Origin: Takakia lepidozioides
Taxonomy: Eukaryota > Plantae > Bryophyta
Reading direction: 5' to 3'
Assembly (NCBI GenBank): GCA_030704615.1
Contig: CM060733.1
Coordinates: forward strand, 30,194,001 to 30,258,000
Length of the DNA: 64,000 nt
Shown: one piece after another, positions 50,791-63,628 of the stretch
Layout: each line of letters begins with the position of its first letter
How positions within the stretch are numbered: the stretch's first letter is position 1
The notes under the pieces: generated by a model
What the model was told of the DNA's origin: nothing
What the model saw: only the letters and a program-made list of their open reading frames with translations
Databases searched by the model: none
Program-made: the position numbers and the translations under genes

Positions 50791-53700
50791 ATGGCTCCGA
50801 ATTCCTACGCTATAGTTTGCTGTCCTCCGCAACTTGGGAGAGCCTGGATCCCAAACGAGGGAGGACTTTGCAGAGTGACTGAAACTTACCTTTGTTCCAA
50901 ATTCAAGCTCAAACCGGGCACAGTTTATTTGGAAGAAGAAAGGAAGGATGTTCCTGGACAGGTTGACGAGACCATTGTCGTGCTAGGTAACGACGGAGGT
51001 TGCGGAATCGAATGGCACGTTCCCCCGTCAGACACCATCCTGTACCGAGCTGTGGGAATGCCCATTCCCTTTCCGAATCAGTCGCTGCCCACACCATCCA
51101 CAAAGGAGTCCGGAAACCGAGAGGCGGCCACTGCCAACAGAGAGGTATGCAACGATAATCATTCCCGACCTGGACCGTCAAGACCCTCCATAGCTTCTCG
51201 TGTGGACGTATTCGACATTTCCGACGAGGAAGATGATTGCATTGAGGTACCCATGTCCTCCACACGGTCGTTCAAATCCGGCATGGACGTCTCTGTAGGT
51301 GCTACGCATGTGCCCTCGAGCATAACTCCAACCCGGTCCATTGTGCAGCTCCTACGACAACATCACCTCGATGGTTCTCGCTCCGAGCTGGCTGCTCTCG
51401 ACTATGCCAAATTCCCAGTCAGAAAGGTAACGTTTCTGCCTCCCGAAGTCGATGGCAATGTCATCTTCGAGTTTCCACCTGTTTCTTCGTCAAAGAAATC
51501 CTCCGGGATGTTAACAGACATGGATCGAAAGCATGACAGACACCCCTGGTGTGTGACGAAGACCAGTAGCACGAAAATTGCTGATGGTGTTCGTGTACGA
51601 TATGTCCTCTGTGCGGGGAAGCTGAGGTGCCTCAATCCCACCTGCTTCCACTTTCTCTCCAAAGGAGGGCGGAGAAACGAGACGGATTGGACTGGCACAA
51701 CGCATCATCCATTCATTGTCTCCAGCCAAGCTCCTGCGGGTTCTTTCAAGTGTGCACATTGCAAAGAACCACCGACGTGCATGTCCATGTGCAGAGCCAA
51801 GCAATACTACGTTATCCATTTGCTCCCGGACTTGACTAGAGCTTGCATACACGTTGGGGTCCACTGCCACCCCTTGGCGAGAGGCAACATGCGTGAGGCT
51901 GTGCAGGAAGCACACGACATCATAAAAGAGGAGGTCAAATTGAGCCCCGGAGCCAGACCAAAGCAGATTCAGCTGAAGGCAGCCCACAAGATTGCTCTTG
52001 GCAAAATCATGTCTGAAGATGGTTCCGACCAAGAGCCCTTGACCGAAGACGAGATGCGTGACCTCTTGGAGTCCGTCTCGCACGTTTGTAGTCCGAATGT
52101 GCGGAATCACATCGTATCTTGCAAGCAGGAGTTCGGCAGGGGGTCGGACATGTACTCAATCCTGGAGGTGAAACGAATGACTGGATATGACTACATCCAA
52201 GGTAGCAGGTTTCCAGTGCAAGGCAGCGAATCCGATCGTTGTTACATTTTCAAAATGTCGACGTGTGGGCCTGGGAGTGGAGTCGACTTGGTCACTCGCA
52301 TGACAACTGGAAACTTGTCGAATGCTTGGGTGATGTTTGATCACATCAAGCGAATTACAAACCATCAGTGGGTGACTATGGGTGCGCATGTTTATGACTA
52401 TCACTCCAAGAGGCTCATGACGATTGCAATCTGCGAGATGAAAGGGGAGGACACACAGTCCGAGATGCATCTGTGGGAGGGCATAAACGAGCAGATGGCA
52501 AGGGCGGGATTGCCAGAGCCCAATTTCAGGGGATTCATGGCAGACAACGCTCAGGCCAACTGGGCAGCGGTGCGGCGTGTGTACGGTGAGGACCCCAATG
52601 TTCCAATGGAGGGGAAAGAGAGATCCTGTGGATTCCATTGGATGCAGAGTCTATCCCACTACACTACCAAATTTGTTGCTAGCTCATTCCAGGCTGAACA
52701 CCGTGTCCTTTGTACGGCGTGGAAGGATGCACCCACATTTGATGACGCGGAGGTTAAGTTTGCTATCATCGAGGCTTGGTGGAACACGTCAGGTGCAGTG
52801 GAGACAACCAATCTGGGAGCATTGCACAGCTGGTTGGGGTGGTGGCATTTTCGGTATCGACAGTTCGGACAGTACATGCGGGAGGTAGGCTGCTGTCATT
52901 TTCGTTCATTTGTCTTTCTGTTACGGACATTTCGATTGGTCCCTCACCATTGTTTGTGTCCTTCTAGGAGCGGTGCTTGGATTCCGACACGGACATGCCG
53001 AACACGAATATGGCAGAATCGGTCCACTCCTCCTGGCGAGCGTCTTCTGCCGCACATCTGGTGGACGTAGTCACGGCCACAACGGAGGACATCGACAGAG
53101 CAATCATGCAGCAAGCCACGTACTACAAGTTCTTGAGCGGCAAACAATGGGGCTTTGGGCCGGACAGGGAGGAATTGTTGGTACGAACAGCTTCGAGGTC
53201 CAAGAATCCAGTGAAATGGGCGACAGCATTGCGAGAGAAGATCAAAGGGACGCCTCTGCACCGCAGAGGTGAACACCTAGAGGGGGACGTCCGGACTCGC
53301 CCTGTCAGGCGGAGGATTGAAGAGGAACCCGGGTGCGAAGAGGATTCCTGGAGATCCGACAGGAACATTCGGACAGCACCTCGAGGTCCCGTCATGTTGC
53401 CGCACAATGTGTCTTCCAGCAGTGGAAGCCCAAGAAATTCCAGATCGCCGTCGCCTTCAACCGGGGATTTCGTGCAACAAATTCCCACCGCTCCCTTGCC
53501 CCACATTCCGCCCGCTGTTATGCAGTATGGCCAAGCCATTGTGGAGACGACTGTGTCTGCATCACAGTGGAGAATTGCTCGCACAAAGCCGTCGTTTCGA
53601 GGAAGGTGTTCCGCAATTCGTGTGGATACACGGCAACGTTGTTTAGAGATGATAAGGAGGAATCCAGATGGGGCTGTCCCTGCTCCTACTTTTACAGGAA

Positions 53701-54398
53701 GATTTGTCCATGCAAAGTTTGCGGAGGCGACAACCACCCAGTTCTGGTTCTGCAGGCACGACATTATGACTTGCGTGTATGGAAAGCCCAAGTACGGCAT
53801 ACAAACAATGCCAGAGGCTCCCCCGGTGTGGCCAGTGGAACCAGGCTGCGATCTGAGTCAGGTTGAGGCCGACGCCCTTACCACCGCAGGATTTCGGATG
53901 GTGCAGCGCACTGACGTCCCCAGACAACCATTTCCGCTTCCACAGCCTCCACCACCGACCCCTGTGAGAGCAAGAACAATGGGACATGACAGCTCTAAGC
54001 ATCCTACACACCGTTGGGGGAAACCGAAGAGGCGGCGACCTCCCTCAAAAGTGAACGAGACAAGGATGGGGAATGCACTTCGGATGAACTGTACAATCCA
54101 GAGCTCGACAGAAGTGCCCCCACCAGGATTCGGGCGTGTGTATCAGATGGCCACGGCGGGCTCAGCTGTTCGCAATGAGGTGTACACCATCACCATTTCA
54201 GAATTACCCACCTGCAATTGCACCGACTTCCAGATCATGGCGAACAAGGGGGCATCATACTGCCCTTGCAAGCATTTGTACTACGTGTACCTAAAGAGAC
54301 TCCGTTGTAATTCCACAACTCATCACTTCATACATGCACCAGGGTTGAGCCCCCAGGAGGTTCACACTCTTCTGAATATGGATCCAGGGGACCAGTGA
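50791..54398 (+). CDS. MULE transposase B, intact, ~1174 aa; intron 52885-52967
   Basis: DRHPW..CAG..C...C..CAHC..C..HCHP; VMFDHIK; FMADNAQANWAAVRRVY; CGFH; TNMAESVH; SWIM CNCTDF..CKH; phase-0 GT-AG intron at the same position as in transposase A. Confidence 0.9.
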
Positions 54399-55174
54399 GC
54401 TTGGCTTGCGGTCCACATACAATGGTACGCCCATCCTTTTCGGATAGTAGAACTGTACTGCTGCCAGTACCTCAGACTCTGGCCACAGAAAGGTCCGACA
54501 TATGTCTTGCCTACCAGTAACATGTTTTGATCGAACTAAGATATTACTATATCGTTCACTTGTTTCCACGTGCATGTATTTTTGTATGTTGGAGGGTTCA
54601 TGTTTTTCTGCTTTCCGAAAACTTGCTCTCCTCATTCGACCTCCGACAAGGAAATGCGGCGCCGAATTTCCAAGTATCATCGTAGGTACCCCCAGAGGCG
54701 GCCTTCGCCAACACCAAACCGCTCCGAAATTTCGCACGTGCGAACCCTAATGCGGCACCCTATTTCCCAGTTCAGTTGCAAACCTTTCCCGCCGAATACC
54801 CGAAGAAGACAGAATTGTGAAGTACTGCAGACTGTATTGGTGCAGACTCCATTGGTTCAATCGCGGCAAAAGGGTCAGCTTCATTCCAATGTTAAGGCAT
54901 GTAAAACCGCGGAATACTCTATACATGCCAGTATGCGACGTCCTTTTGCAGTGGTATACTGGATTTCCCGTTGCACGGTCACTTATTTCCATGAGCGGAT
55001 CTAAAAAACCATGAGCGGACTTGTTACTGACGACATATCTTCGCCGCATTACATGATCTGGAACGTCCAAAAACGGCAAGGTCAAATAAAAAACTATTAT
55101 TTTAATACTTGTTTAATCTGCCGCATTTCCAAATTTGGAGGAGTCCGCTCATGAAATCCGCGTATCTTAGACTT

Positions 55175-55249
55175 CGGCTCACCGCTCATGCGGCTCATGC
55201 GGCTCATGGCTCATGGCTCATGGTTTCTGCTCATGAAATAGTAAACCTC
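55175..55249 (-). repeat. Right TIR with GCTCATG iterons
   Basis: GCTCATGCGGCTCATGCGGCTCATGGCTCATGGCTCATGGTTTCTGCTCATGAAATAGTAAACCTC. Confidence 0.9.
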
Positions 55250-55258
55250 CAAAAGAAG

Positions 55259-56524
55259 CATGAAACTGTTGAGAAGTATATGGAAAAGATGGAATTGATG
55301 ATGAAAAAGCTGGCTGTTGTACCAGCACCAGGTTTACAGAAGACTTGGTTTGTGAGTGGGCTAAGACCAGAGTTGCAAAAGAAAGTGGATATGCTACCCC
55401 ATAATACAGTGGATGAGGCATTTGAAACAGCCAACATGATTGAGCAATTGGGAATGCTCAGAAGAGATAAAAGGGATGATGAGAACTCTGAGGATGAGTC
55501 AGATGAGGAAGAAGAGCAAGAGCTCAAAAGGAAGAGTAAGAAAAAGGAGAAGTTGAAGAGGGAAAATTATGAGAAAAGACTGGAAGAGATCTTGAAGAAG
55601 TATGCCATAGAGGCTGCAACACATTGGAGGAAGGGTGTTTGGTGTGCAAAATGCCAGAATGAAGGCCATACCATAGCTGAATGCCACATGAAGGAGAAAC
55701 ACTGTACTATCTGTAAAATGGATAACCATTCTACAGAGAATTGTTATTACAACAGAAGGACAGCTGCAAGAGAACCTAGGCAAGTAAGGGTGCATCAAGT
55801 GCAGCCCCAGCCAAGAAGGAACAATGATCAGGACCACTATGGTAGGCCTGGTGGTTATAACAATGGTATGGAAGGGAGAGATAATCCAAGAGGGAATTAC
55901 CAAGGCAATCCTAGAGACAACTATAAGGGTAATCCAAGGGGGAATTACCAGCCAGGGAATCAGGACTATAGAAACAATCCCAGAACAAACCAAGGGCGAG
56001 GACCTGATGGGGAAGAACTGTGTTACTATTGTAATCAGGCAGGACATCGTAAGGCAGCCTATCCGTTCTGGATCAGACACCAGAATGAGATGAGAGCTCA
56101 TGTGAATGAGGGCCCAGTGGTGGTAGCTCACATGGTTATACAATGTGTTGTACCAGAAGTAAGTACAATGATAGTAACCAGAAGCAAAGCTAAATTAATA
56201 CCTCCAGTAGATGAGGAAGGTGATGATAATGAAGATGGCAATGATGTGCCTGAAGATGAAGAGGCTTGGAGAGATGAGAAGGAACTGCACAAGGAAGTGG
56301 CTGATACCATACAAGAAATGCAGAAGAGTACTGATATCCCTATGGCAGATTCCTCTGATTCTGAAAGAGGAGATGAAGTGAGTGAGGATGAAGTGAGGAA
56401 GGAAGCTGTACAAGTGCAGGGAAATGAAGGGACTTTGGCTGAAGTAATATGTCAGTCCAAAGCGGAGATTACCATTGGACAGCTATTGGTTGTGGCACCT
56501 CATTGTAGGCACAGGCTGTATTAA
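55259..56524 (+). pseudogene. gag: 3' part of gag of gypsy element 2
   Basis: FVSGLRPEL; tandem knuckles CAKCQNEGHTIAEC and CTICKMDNHSTENC; third knuckle CYYCNQAGHRKAAY. Confidence 0.85.
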
Positions 56525-56545
56525 GCAATTAATCACATTGCTCAT

Positions 56546-59500
56546 GTGACAGGGAATACAGACCTGAACAGCAAGGTGACAAGCTATATTGTGAAGCCGG
56601 AAGGGCAAGAAATAGTCATGGACTTTGATGATTCTATGCCAGTAATCCAATTGAGAATTGGAAGCACAGACTTGACTGATGTACTGATAGATGGAGGCTC
56701 TGGAGTGAATATCATAACAGACCAATTAAGGCAGAAGCTTGGTTTAAGTAACATGAAACCAGCCCCATTCACAGTAACAATGGCAGATCAAAGAAGTGTT
56801 CAGCCATTGGGTTTGATAAGAGGAGTTAAGATACAGATTCAAAAGATGATCTTTAAGATCACAGTGACTGTGTTGAAAATGGACGATGTCATGGAAGCTT
56901 ACTCCTTATTGCTGGGTCGACCATGGCTGAAACAGGCCAGGGTATTCCATGACTAGAATTCCCAGTTACTAACTGTGCATGATGGGATGCACAAGATACA
57001 AATCACCACTAAGAAATCTAGTAGACTACTTGCTACGAGAAGACCTCGAGGAGTCAGGGAGTATGACTGGAGGGGAGGACTTGATGAGGAGCAGGAAGCT
57101 ACCATGTTCACTGCACACCCAGAGTGGGAGCAGGTTGCAGAGATGCAACTAGAGGGCCTAAGTTGTTTAAAAGGTATCTGCTGTGGTGTAGTAACAGCAA
57201 CACCAATTGAAGGGGAGACAAGCAGCTACCCACCACATTTCTATGAAGAAAGGGAGGGAGCCACTGTGAGTTTACAGGATGAAGTGGTGACTGGTTGGAC
57301 AATCACAGCTGATGAGCAGGTGAGAGAAGTGAATGTGGGAACTGAAGAGGAACCGAGGATGGTGAAGGTAGGGGCTGACTTGGAGCCAGAATTCTTTGAG
57401 GAAGCTAAGAGTCTGTTCATCAAATACAAAGATTATTTGCTTGGAGCTACAAGGATCTGAAAGGGATACCACCTCAGATCTGTCAGCATAAGATTGAACT
57501 GGAACCAGGGTCAGTACCAATCAAACAGGCAAGGTACAGAATGAATCCCAACTATGCACAGAAGGTTGGGGAAGAGATCAAGAAGTTGGCTGAGGCTAAG
57601 TTTATATACCCGATAGAGTATACAACTTGGTTGTCACCCATTGTGATAGTTCCCAAGAAGAATGGTAAACTGAGAGTTTGTGTGACCTATAAGAAGTTGA
57701 ATGCTTGTACAAAGAAAGATCATTTTCGTTTGCCATTCACAGAAGCGGTACTGGACACTGTGGCAGGCCATGAGATGTACTCATTCATGGATGGCTTCAG
57801 TGGGTATAACCAAGTGCAAGTGGCAGAAGAAGACCAAAGAAAGACAACTTTCATCACAGGCTGGGGTGCTTATGCATACAAAGTCATGCCTTTTGGACTT
57901 TGTAATGCACCAGCAACTTTTCAGAGAGTGATAAGTGAATCTTTCCATGAGTATCTGGATGACTTCATGCAGGTGTTCTTGGATGATTTCAGTGTGTACA
58001 GCTCTAAGAATGAGCACTTGCATAAATTGGAGTTATGTTTGGCCAAATGCAGGATGAGAGGTTTGGGCCTGAATCCAGAGAAGTGTACTTTATGTGTGAA
58101 CTCAGGGGTACTTTTGGGACACATAGTGTGTAAGAGGGGACTTCTGTGGATCCCAGAAAGATAGAGGCCATTAAAGCCTCTCCACCACCAGTAAATGTTA
58201 AGAGTCTAAGGAGATTCCTTGGACAAACCAGTTATTACAGAAGATTTGTCAGACGGTATGCACAGATAGCAGCACCATTGAGCAAACTTTTGAAGAAAGA
58301 TGTAGTGTTTGCATGGACAGTTGAATGTCAACAGACTTTTGAGGAACTTACCTTGTCAGTAACAACTACACCTGTGCTGATTAACCCTCACTGGCATGTA
58401 GTATTTCATGTTCAATGTGATGCCTCTGGAAAAGCGTTGGGAGCAGTGTTAGCCCAAAATGTTACAGGAAACATAGATTCATCTGTGTACTATGCTAGCA
58501 GGTTGATGAACAGTCATGAAATTATGCAGTCAAGAAATCCAGGCATTACTTATTGGGAAGGATATGTTTTATGTGGATCATCAGGCTCTGTTATATCTGG
58601 TGAACAAACCTTTGATAAGTGGAAGGATAGCAAGGTGGTTAATAATCTTGCACGAGTTTGAGTTCGAGGTTGTTTACAAGCCTGGTCATTTGCATCTTGT
58701 GGTAGATCACTTGTCATGCCTATCAACAGGAGAGCCAGCCACAGGAGTAGATGACCAACTACCTGATGCGAGTTTATTTGCAGTGGAGGTATAGGGAAGT
58801 GCAGATGACTGGTTAGATTGGCAGTGACCAATCAGATACTACCTTACTCATGGTCAGTGCCCACCTAGTTATGGGAAGGAGCAGAGGAAGAGAATTGCTA
58901 TCAAGGCTTTACCTTACACTATGGTAGGGGACAGAATGCATAAGCTAGGACCTGATGGAGTACTTAAACGATGTTTGTACCACTGTGAAGTAAATAAAGT
59001 TTTGGAGGAAGTTCATAAAGGAGTGACTAGAGGTCATTTTGGAGAAGAGACTACCAGTAGAAAGATACTACTTGCAGATTACTGGTGGCCTACTTTGTTC
59101 AAGGATGTACACAAGTATTGTAAGAGTTGTGATGAGTGTCAGAGGCTAGGACCATTGCAGAGATCTAGAAAGATGGCTTTGCATCCAACGATGCCTACTG
59201 AACGATTTCAGAAGACTAGACTTTGTTGGACCAATTAACCCACCAGCCAAGAATACACAGAACAAGTATATAATCACAGCCACTGATTATACTACAAAGT
59301 GGGTGGAAGCTAAAGCTCTGAGGGACAACACAGCTAAGTCCACAGCAAGGTTCATGTATGAGAACATACTTACAAGATTTGGTTGTCCCCTGGATTTTAT
59401 CAGTGACCAGGGAAGTCACTTCATTAATGAGACCATAGAATTATTGACTAAAGAGTTCATGATTGTGCAAAGAAAAAGTACAACCTATTACCCACAGGGT

Positions 59501-60175
59501 AATGGGTAGGCAGAAGCCACCAACAAAATACTATGTACTATCTTGGCTAAGATAGTCAATGCGAACAGAACAGATTGGGATACAAAGCTGCTGACAGCTT
59601 TGTGGTCATACATGACTTCATATAAAGTCACCACTAAGTATACACCATTCCAGTTAGTTTATGGTATGGAAGCTTTACTTCCAGTGGAATTCTTGTTACC
59701 TACTATGAGAACTAAATGGAGAAGGAGAATGGAATTGGAAGATTCGATTAAAGTCAGGAAACATGAATTATACCATGTGAAGGAAGTACGTGCTGATGCA
59801 GCAGATAACATGACCAGAATTCAGATGAAGAGAAAGGATCAGTTTGATGAAGGTAAATTAAAGACTTTTAAGACGAGAGATTTGGTACTGTGGTTGCAGA
59901 AGAAGAGAAAGATTAAAGCTTATAAGTTTAAATCACCATGGAAAGGACCTTATGTCATACAGAAGATGTATGATAATAACACCGCCGTGTTACAAACCAT
60001 TAACAAAGAAATGTTGGGAAGAGTCAATGCCAATAAGTTGAAGGGATACAGTGGTATCCATGACAAACCATTGCAGCACGATTTGCATGTTGAAACACAA
60101 AAACAGTCACGGGCTGCGCCGGTGCTACCAACGGAGTATGGAGCACTTGTCGCTAAGCCGATCGTGTATGACTAG
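56546..60175 (+). pseudogene. pol: pol of gypsy element 2 (protease, RT, RNase H, integrase; stops and frameshifts)
   Basis: VLIDGGSGVNI; KKNGKLRVCV; MDGFSGYNQ; MPFGLCNAPATFQR; FLDDF; VQCDAS; H..GH..CDEC; SDQGSHF; W.GPY. Confidence 0.92.
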
Positions 60176-60190
60176 GGTGGGAAGTACAAG

Positions 60191-60390
60191 TGCCACACAG
60201 CCTATCACAGCCCATCACAATGTGACACAGCCTATCACAGTTCATCATAGTGTCGCACAGCCTATCACAGCCCATCACAGTGTGACACAGCTTATCACAG
60301 CCCATCACAGTGTCACACAGCCTATCACAGTTCACCACAATCTGACACAGCCTATCACAGTCCAACACAGTCCATGTGGGTTACACAGTC
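60191..60390. repeat. 30-bp tandem repeat (~6 copies) built from CACAG 10-mers
   Basis: CACAGCCTATCACAGCCCATCACAGTGTGA variants immediately after pol. Confidence 0.85.
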
Positions 60391-63300
60391 CATAGGGTTA
60401 GTGACAGGTGGACGCGGGTTAACATCAGAAAAGTGGCCGTCAAGTGAAAGAGAAGTTTGGAAGTCAAACTCGGAGAATGTGCCACGCGGACAGGGGAAGT
60501 CGGAGGCATGTCTAAAAACGAACACGTGGCCACTAGGGCGAAGCACACCGCTGTGCATATATTGCAAAAGTGGGTATCATCATGCAAGAGGACAAATTGG
60601 GCCGTCAAAGTACCTACCCGGTACATCAGCCAAAACTAATTGTGGGCCCATTAATGCATTCAGGGCAGGGGTAACGGAACCCTTTCCGAGTACAGAAAAG
60701 ATGGACTTTTGCCACATGTGTTGTCCTACTGGACATTCCAGGTGGGAATGTCCACGGATGGGGGTAGAATTAAGAAGTTACCTAAGCAGGCAACAGCCAA
60801 TCAGGAGCGAGAATTTCATGCAGGTGGTTCCCTCCAAGAAACAAGAACAAGAAATTGGAAGAGTTATGAGCGGAAGAGTTGGGGTGGCTCCGAATAGCCA
60901 GTGTCTCAATGGGAGGGCAATAAAAGCTACAGCTTTGTAGCTATGGCAGATATAACGGATTACACGCTCGCTTTACTTCTCACGCAGTGGCGCAAGGACG
61001 AACAAATTGAGAGTACATTCTCTCTCACTCGATACTTGCAAGCCCCACAGGCTTACACGCTCTTACCTGTTCCATTCTGTGCCAACCATACCTTTATGCT
61101 CTGTGCCCTGCAAGCTTTCCTACAGCTATTTCAAACAAGGCCTTTTTGTTTGTCTAGAATGAAGAGAGTGAGGGGAATGGAGGATATCAGGGTAAAGAGC
61201 ACCACGATTCTGCAGAAGCAAACAATTGCTACACCGCAGGCAATGCAGCTGCTGAGGGAGTTGCGATTAGAGGGGCTGCTACGCAAGGACTGGTCCTTGC
61301 ATCATCGGTATATATGATTCAATTTCTTCAGAACTTTGAGCCTTGGACGGGAGTTACCCAGGTGAGGGGAGTAGATATAGAAATTACTCCCTAGTACTTG
61401 CAGCAATTGTTCGATTTGCCATCGGGTCATGTGGATGTGGATGAGCACAGGGCAAGATTGCAGATAGGGAATTTGTTCCAAGAAGGGAGTTTCTTTAAGA
61501 CTCAAGGTTACGCTTGTACCAAAGCCGAATACCCAGGGCTCAGAGAAGTTGGCCAAATATTGAACGTTCTGTTTGCCATGAAACAAAACCAACAGTATTT
61601 GAGCAGGTCATTCACAAAGGAGATACTGAAAACTTTGAGGGGAGAGGATGTAGCTTGGGCAGAATTAATGTACAATGGTCTGGTGGAAGAGATGAAGAGG
61701 TTATAGGGCACTGCTGCTAAGTCTCCAATCATCGTGTCTGGCCCAGTCATTGCTCAGATTATTCTTGACTCTTGCATACTTGATGTGTGAGAACGTAAGG
61801 AGATGGGAGTGTTTGAGGCAGCAACCACTGCAATGGAGGAGCAGGGTTCTTCACATAGTGAGGGTGGACTGGCAGGGCAACACCAGTCTAAGATATAGAA
61901 GTGGGATATGACTGTAGTGGCGGATCCACTGGCTTCAAGGAAACTGCAAGATGATATTTCCCAAGCTCTTGTGCAGGAGGGGGCATAGCAGCACAGAGGG
62001 CTGTTATTACTAGAAGCACGACCTTTGGAGAGGGAAGAAGAAGTCACTTCGACACCACAGCCATCACAGCCAGTTGAATCGGTTGTCTCAGAGGTTCCTC
62101 AGTTAGTACATGTTGTGCCACCAAGGCCTATTGCTCTGGAAGGAGAAGGGTTGGACATTCCCACTACAGAGCAGGTCGTGGCAGAAATTGAGAAGGGTGA
62201 CCTTCTCTATGAAAACTCTGGCTTGGTTAGGGAATCAGTGGTACCAGAGGTGCAGAGTCTGTCCAGGGAAATCCCTGCTAAGCATGTAATATCCAAACCT
62301 GTGACGGAGGTACCAGGGGTAGAATGCAAGGACACTGCAGCACCTGTGGAGGAAGAGGTCATTCAGGAAGAAGATCTGGTGGGACAATGGCCTGAATGGT
62401 TGGTGCAACATCACACTGTGGAGGATCAGGGAGAACAGCAACAAGTTCACCATGAAGACCCACAGCAGGCCATGCTTATGAGTTCCATAAGCAGGACAAT
62501 CAATTTGTTGGGCACTTATATGAAATCCCATGTTCCATCTACACAATTGGCAGCTTTGAGGGAGGAACTCAGGAAGGAGTTTGAGACTAGACTTGTCACC
62601 GAGTGTGCAAACAAGGTGGATGTGGAGGCCAACCTCAAGTTGCAAAAAGAATTGGAGGATACAAATGCTGCATTGCAGATGGCTGAGGGGAATTTGATTG
62701 AAGCAGGTCTCGAGGAGGAGAAGTTGCATGAAGCACATAAACAACAGTTACCAGTTGCAGGTGAAGCATGAGGGCAAGTTGTAGGAAGTGAACATGCTAC
62801 ATATAGAGTTGGAGGTAGTTCATCAGAGAATGACCATATAGTGTGCCACACTAACAACTTCTCTGGAGCAAACTGCATTAGAAGTTAACAGACAAGGGGA
62901 GGGATGTGTGATGGCAGAAACTGTGATAATAGAGCAAGGGAAACTCATTGTTGATTTGAAGGCTACAATCTGTCGCAATGAGAATACTTTCCAACAGTAC
63001 AGTCAGGTTGAGGCTGACCAGGAGAGGTACATCCTGGAGTTGCAGCAAACACTCATGGTCAATAGAAATGAACTTTCTGTGGCTAACAAAGCTTGGAAGG
63101 AAGCCAATAATCTAGCTGCTGCCTATGCGGGCTTGGTTGAACCTCATGCAAAGCGCATGGAGACAGCAGTAGTTAGATATATACAGACTCAAGGAGGAGC
63201 AGACTCTCAGGGGTGCCACACAGGACTTGGTGGATAATCACCTTATGCAGGTATGGTTAGCATAAGGGCCGGTAGAAGGCAAAGCACCAAGGAAGCTCAC

Positions 63301-63628
63301 CCAGGGCAAGATGAATGACCTCAGATTGCAGGTGCAGAACATTGTCACAATTACTATAGATAATGTCTATAGTAGGATAGCGGAGTTACAGGATGATGTG
63401 GAAGGCCTGCAGACTCAAGTAGATGGCCTGAGTTCAAATATTGACAAGAGAGTCTTTGATCCTGAGGAACAGCTGATGGCTACTTATTTGCATGCCAGGA
63501 CTCTAATTTTTCAGTCTTCTTCGCAGGGGGTGCAGGAGATGCCAGTGGTAGAAGGGCCAGTGGTGCCAATACCACAGCAGGTGCCTGTGCAGGTAGCTGA
63601 CCCTGTTGCTACTACAGCAAAACCATAG
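60374..63628 (+). pseudogene. Degenerate additional ORF(s) 3' of pol (Cys/His knuckle-like N-terminus, acidic linker, coiled coil)
   Basis: Same-strand ORF pieces 60374, 60901, 61398, 62025, 62908 and 63311; CHMCCPTGHSRWEC; heptad-rich E/Q/L segments; stops mostly TAG/TGA. Confidence 0.55.

Larger units (their letters stand above)
28941..55249. mobile_element. 26,309-bp Mutator-like (MULE) DNA transposon with two transposases and two ParB-methyltransferase-like genes
   Basis: 9-bp TSD CAAAAGAAG (28932-28940 and 55250-55258); TIRs GGGGGCTGCTATTTCATGAGC vs GAGGTTTACTATTTCATGAGC (17/21), followed by CATGAGC iterons; excision restores gag LQQLKQKK|HETVEKYMEKM in frame. Confidence 0.95.

Noticed and set aside
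55109-55258. N-terminus of the 471-aa ORF (AHAAHAAHGSWLM)
   Set aside because: It is read-through of the right TIR; the real upstream gag sequence is at 28638-28940.
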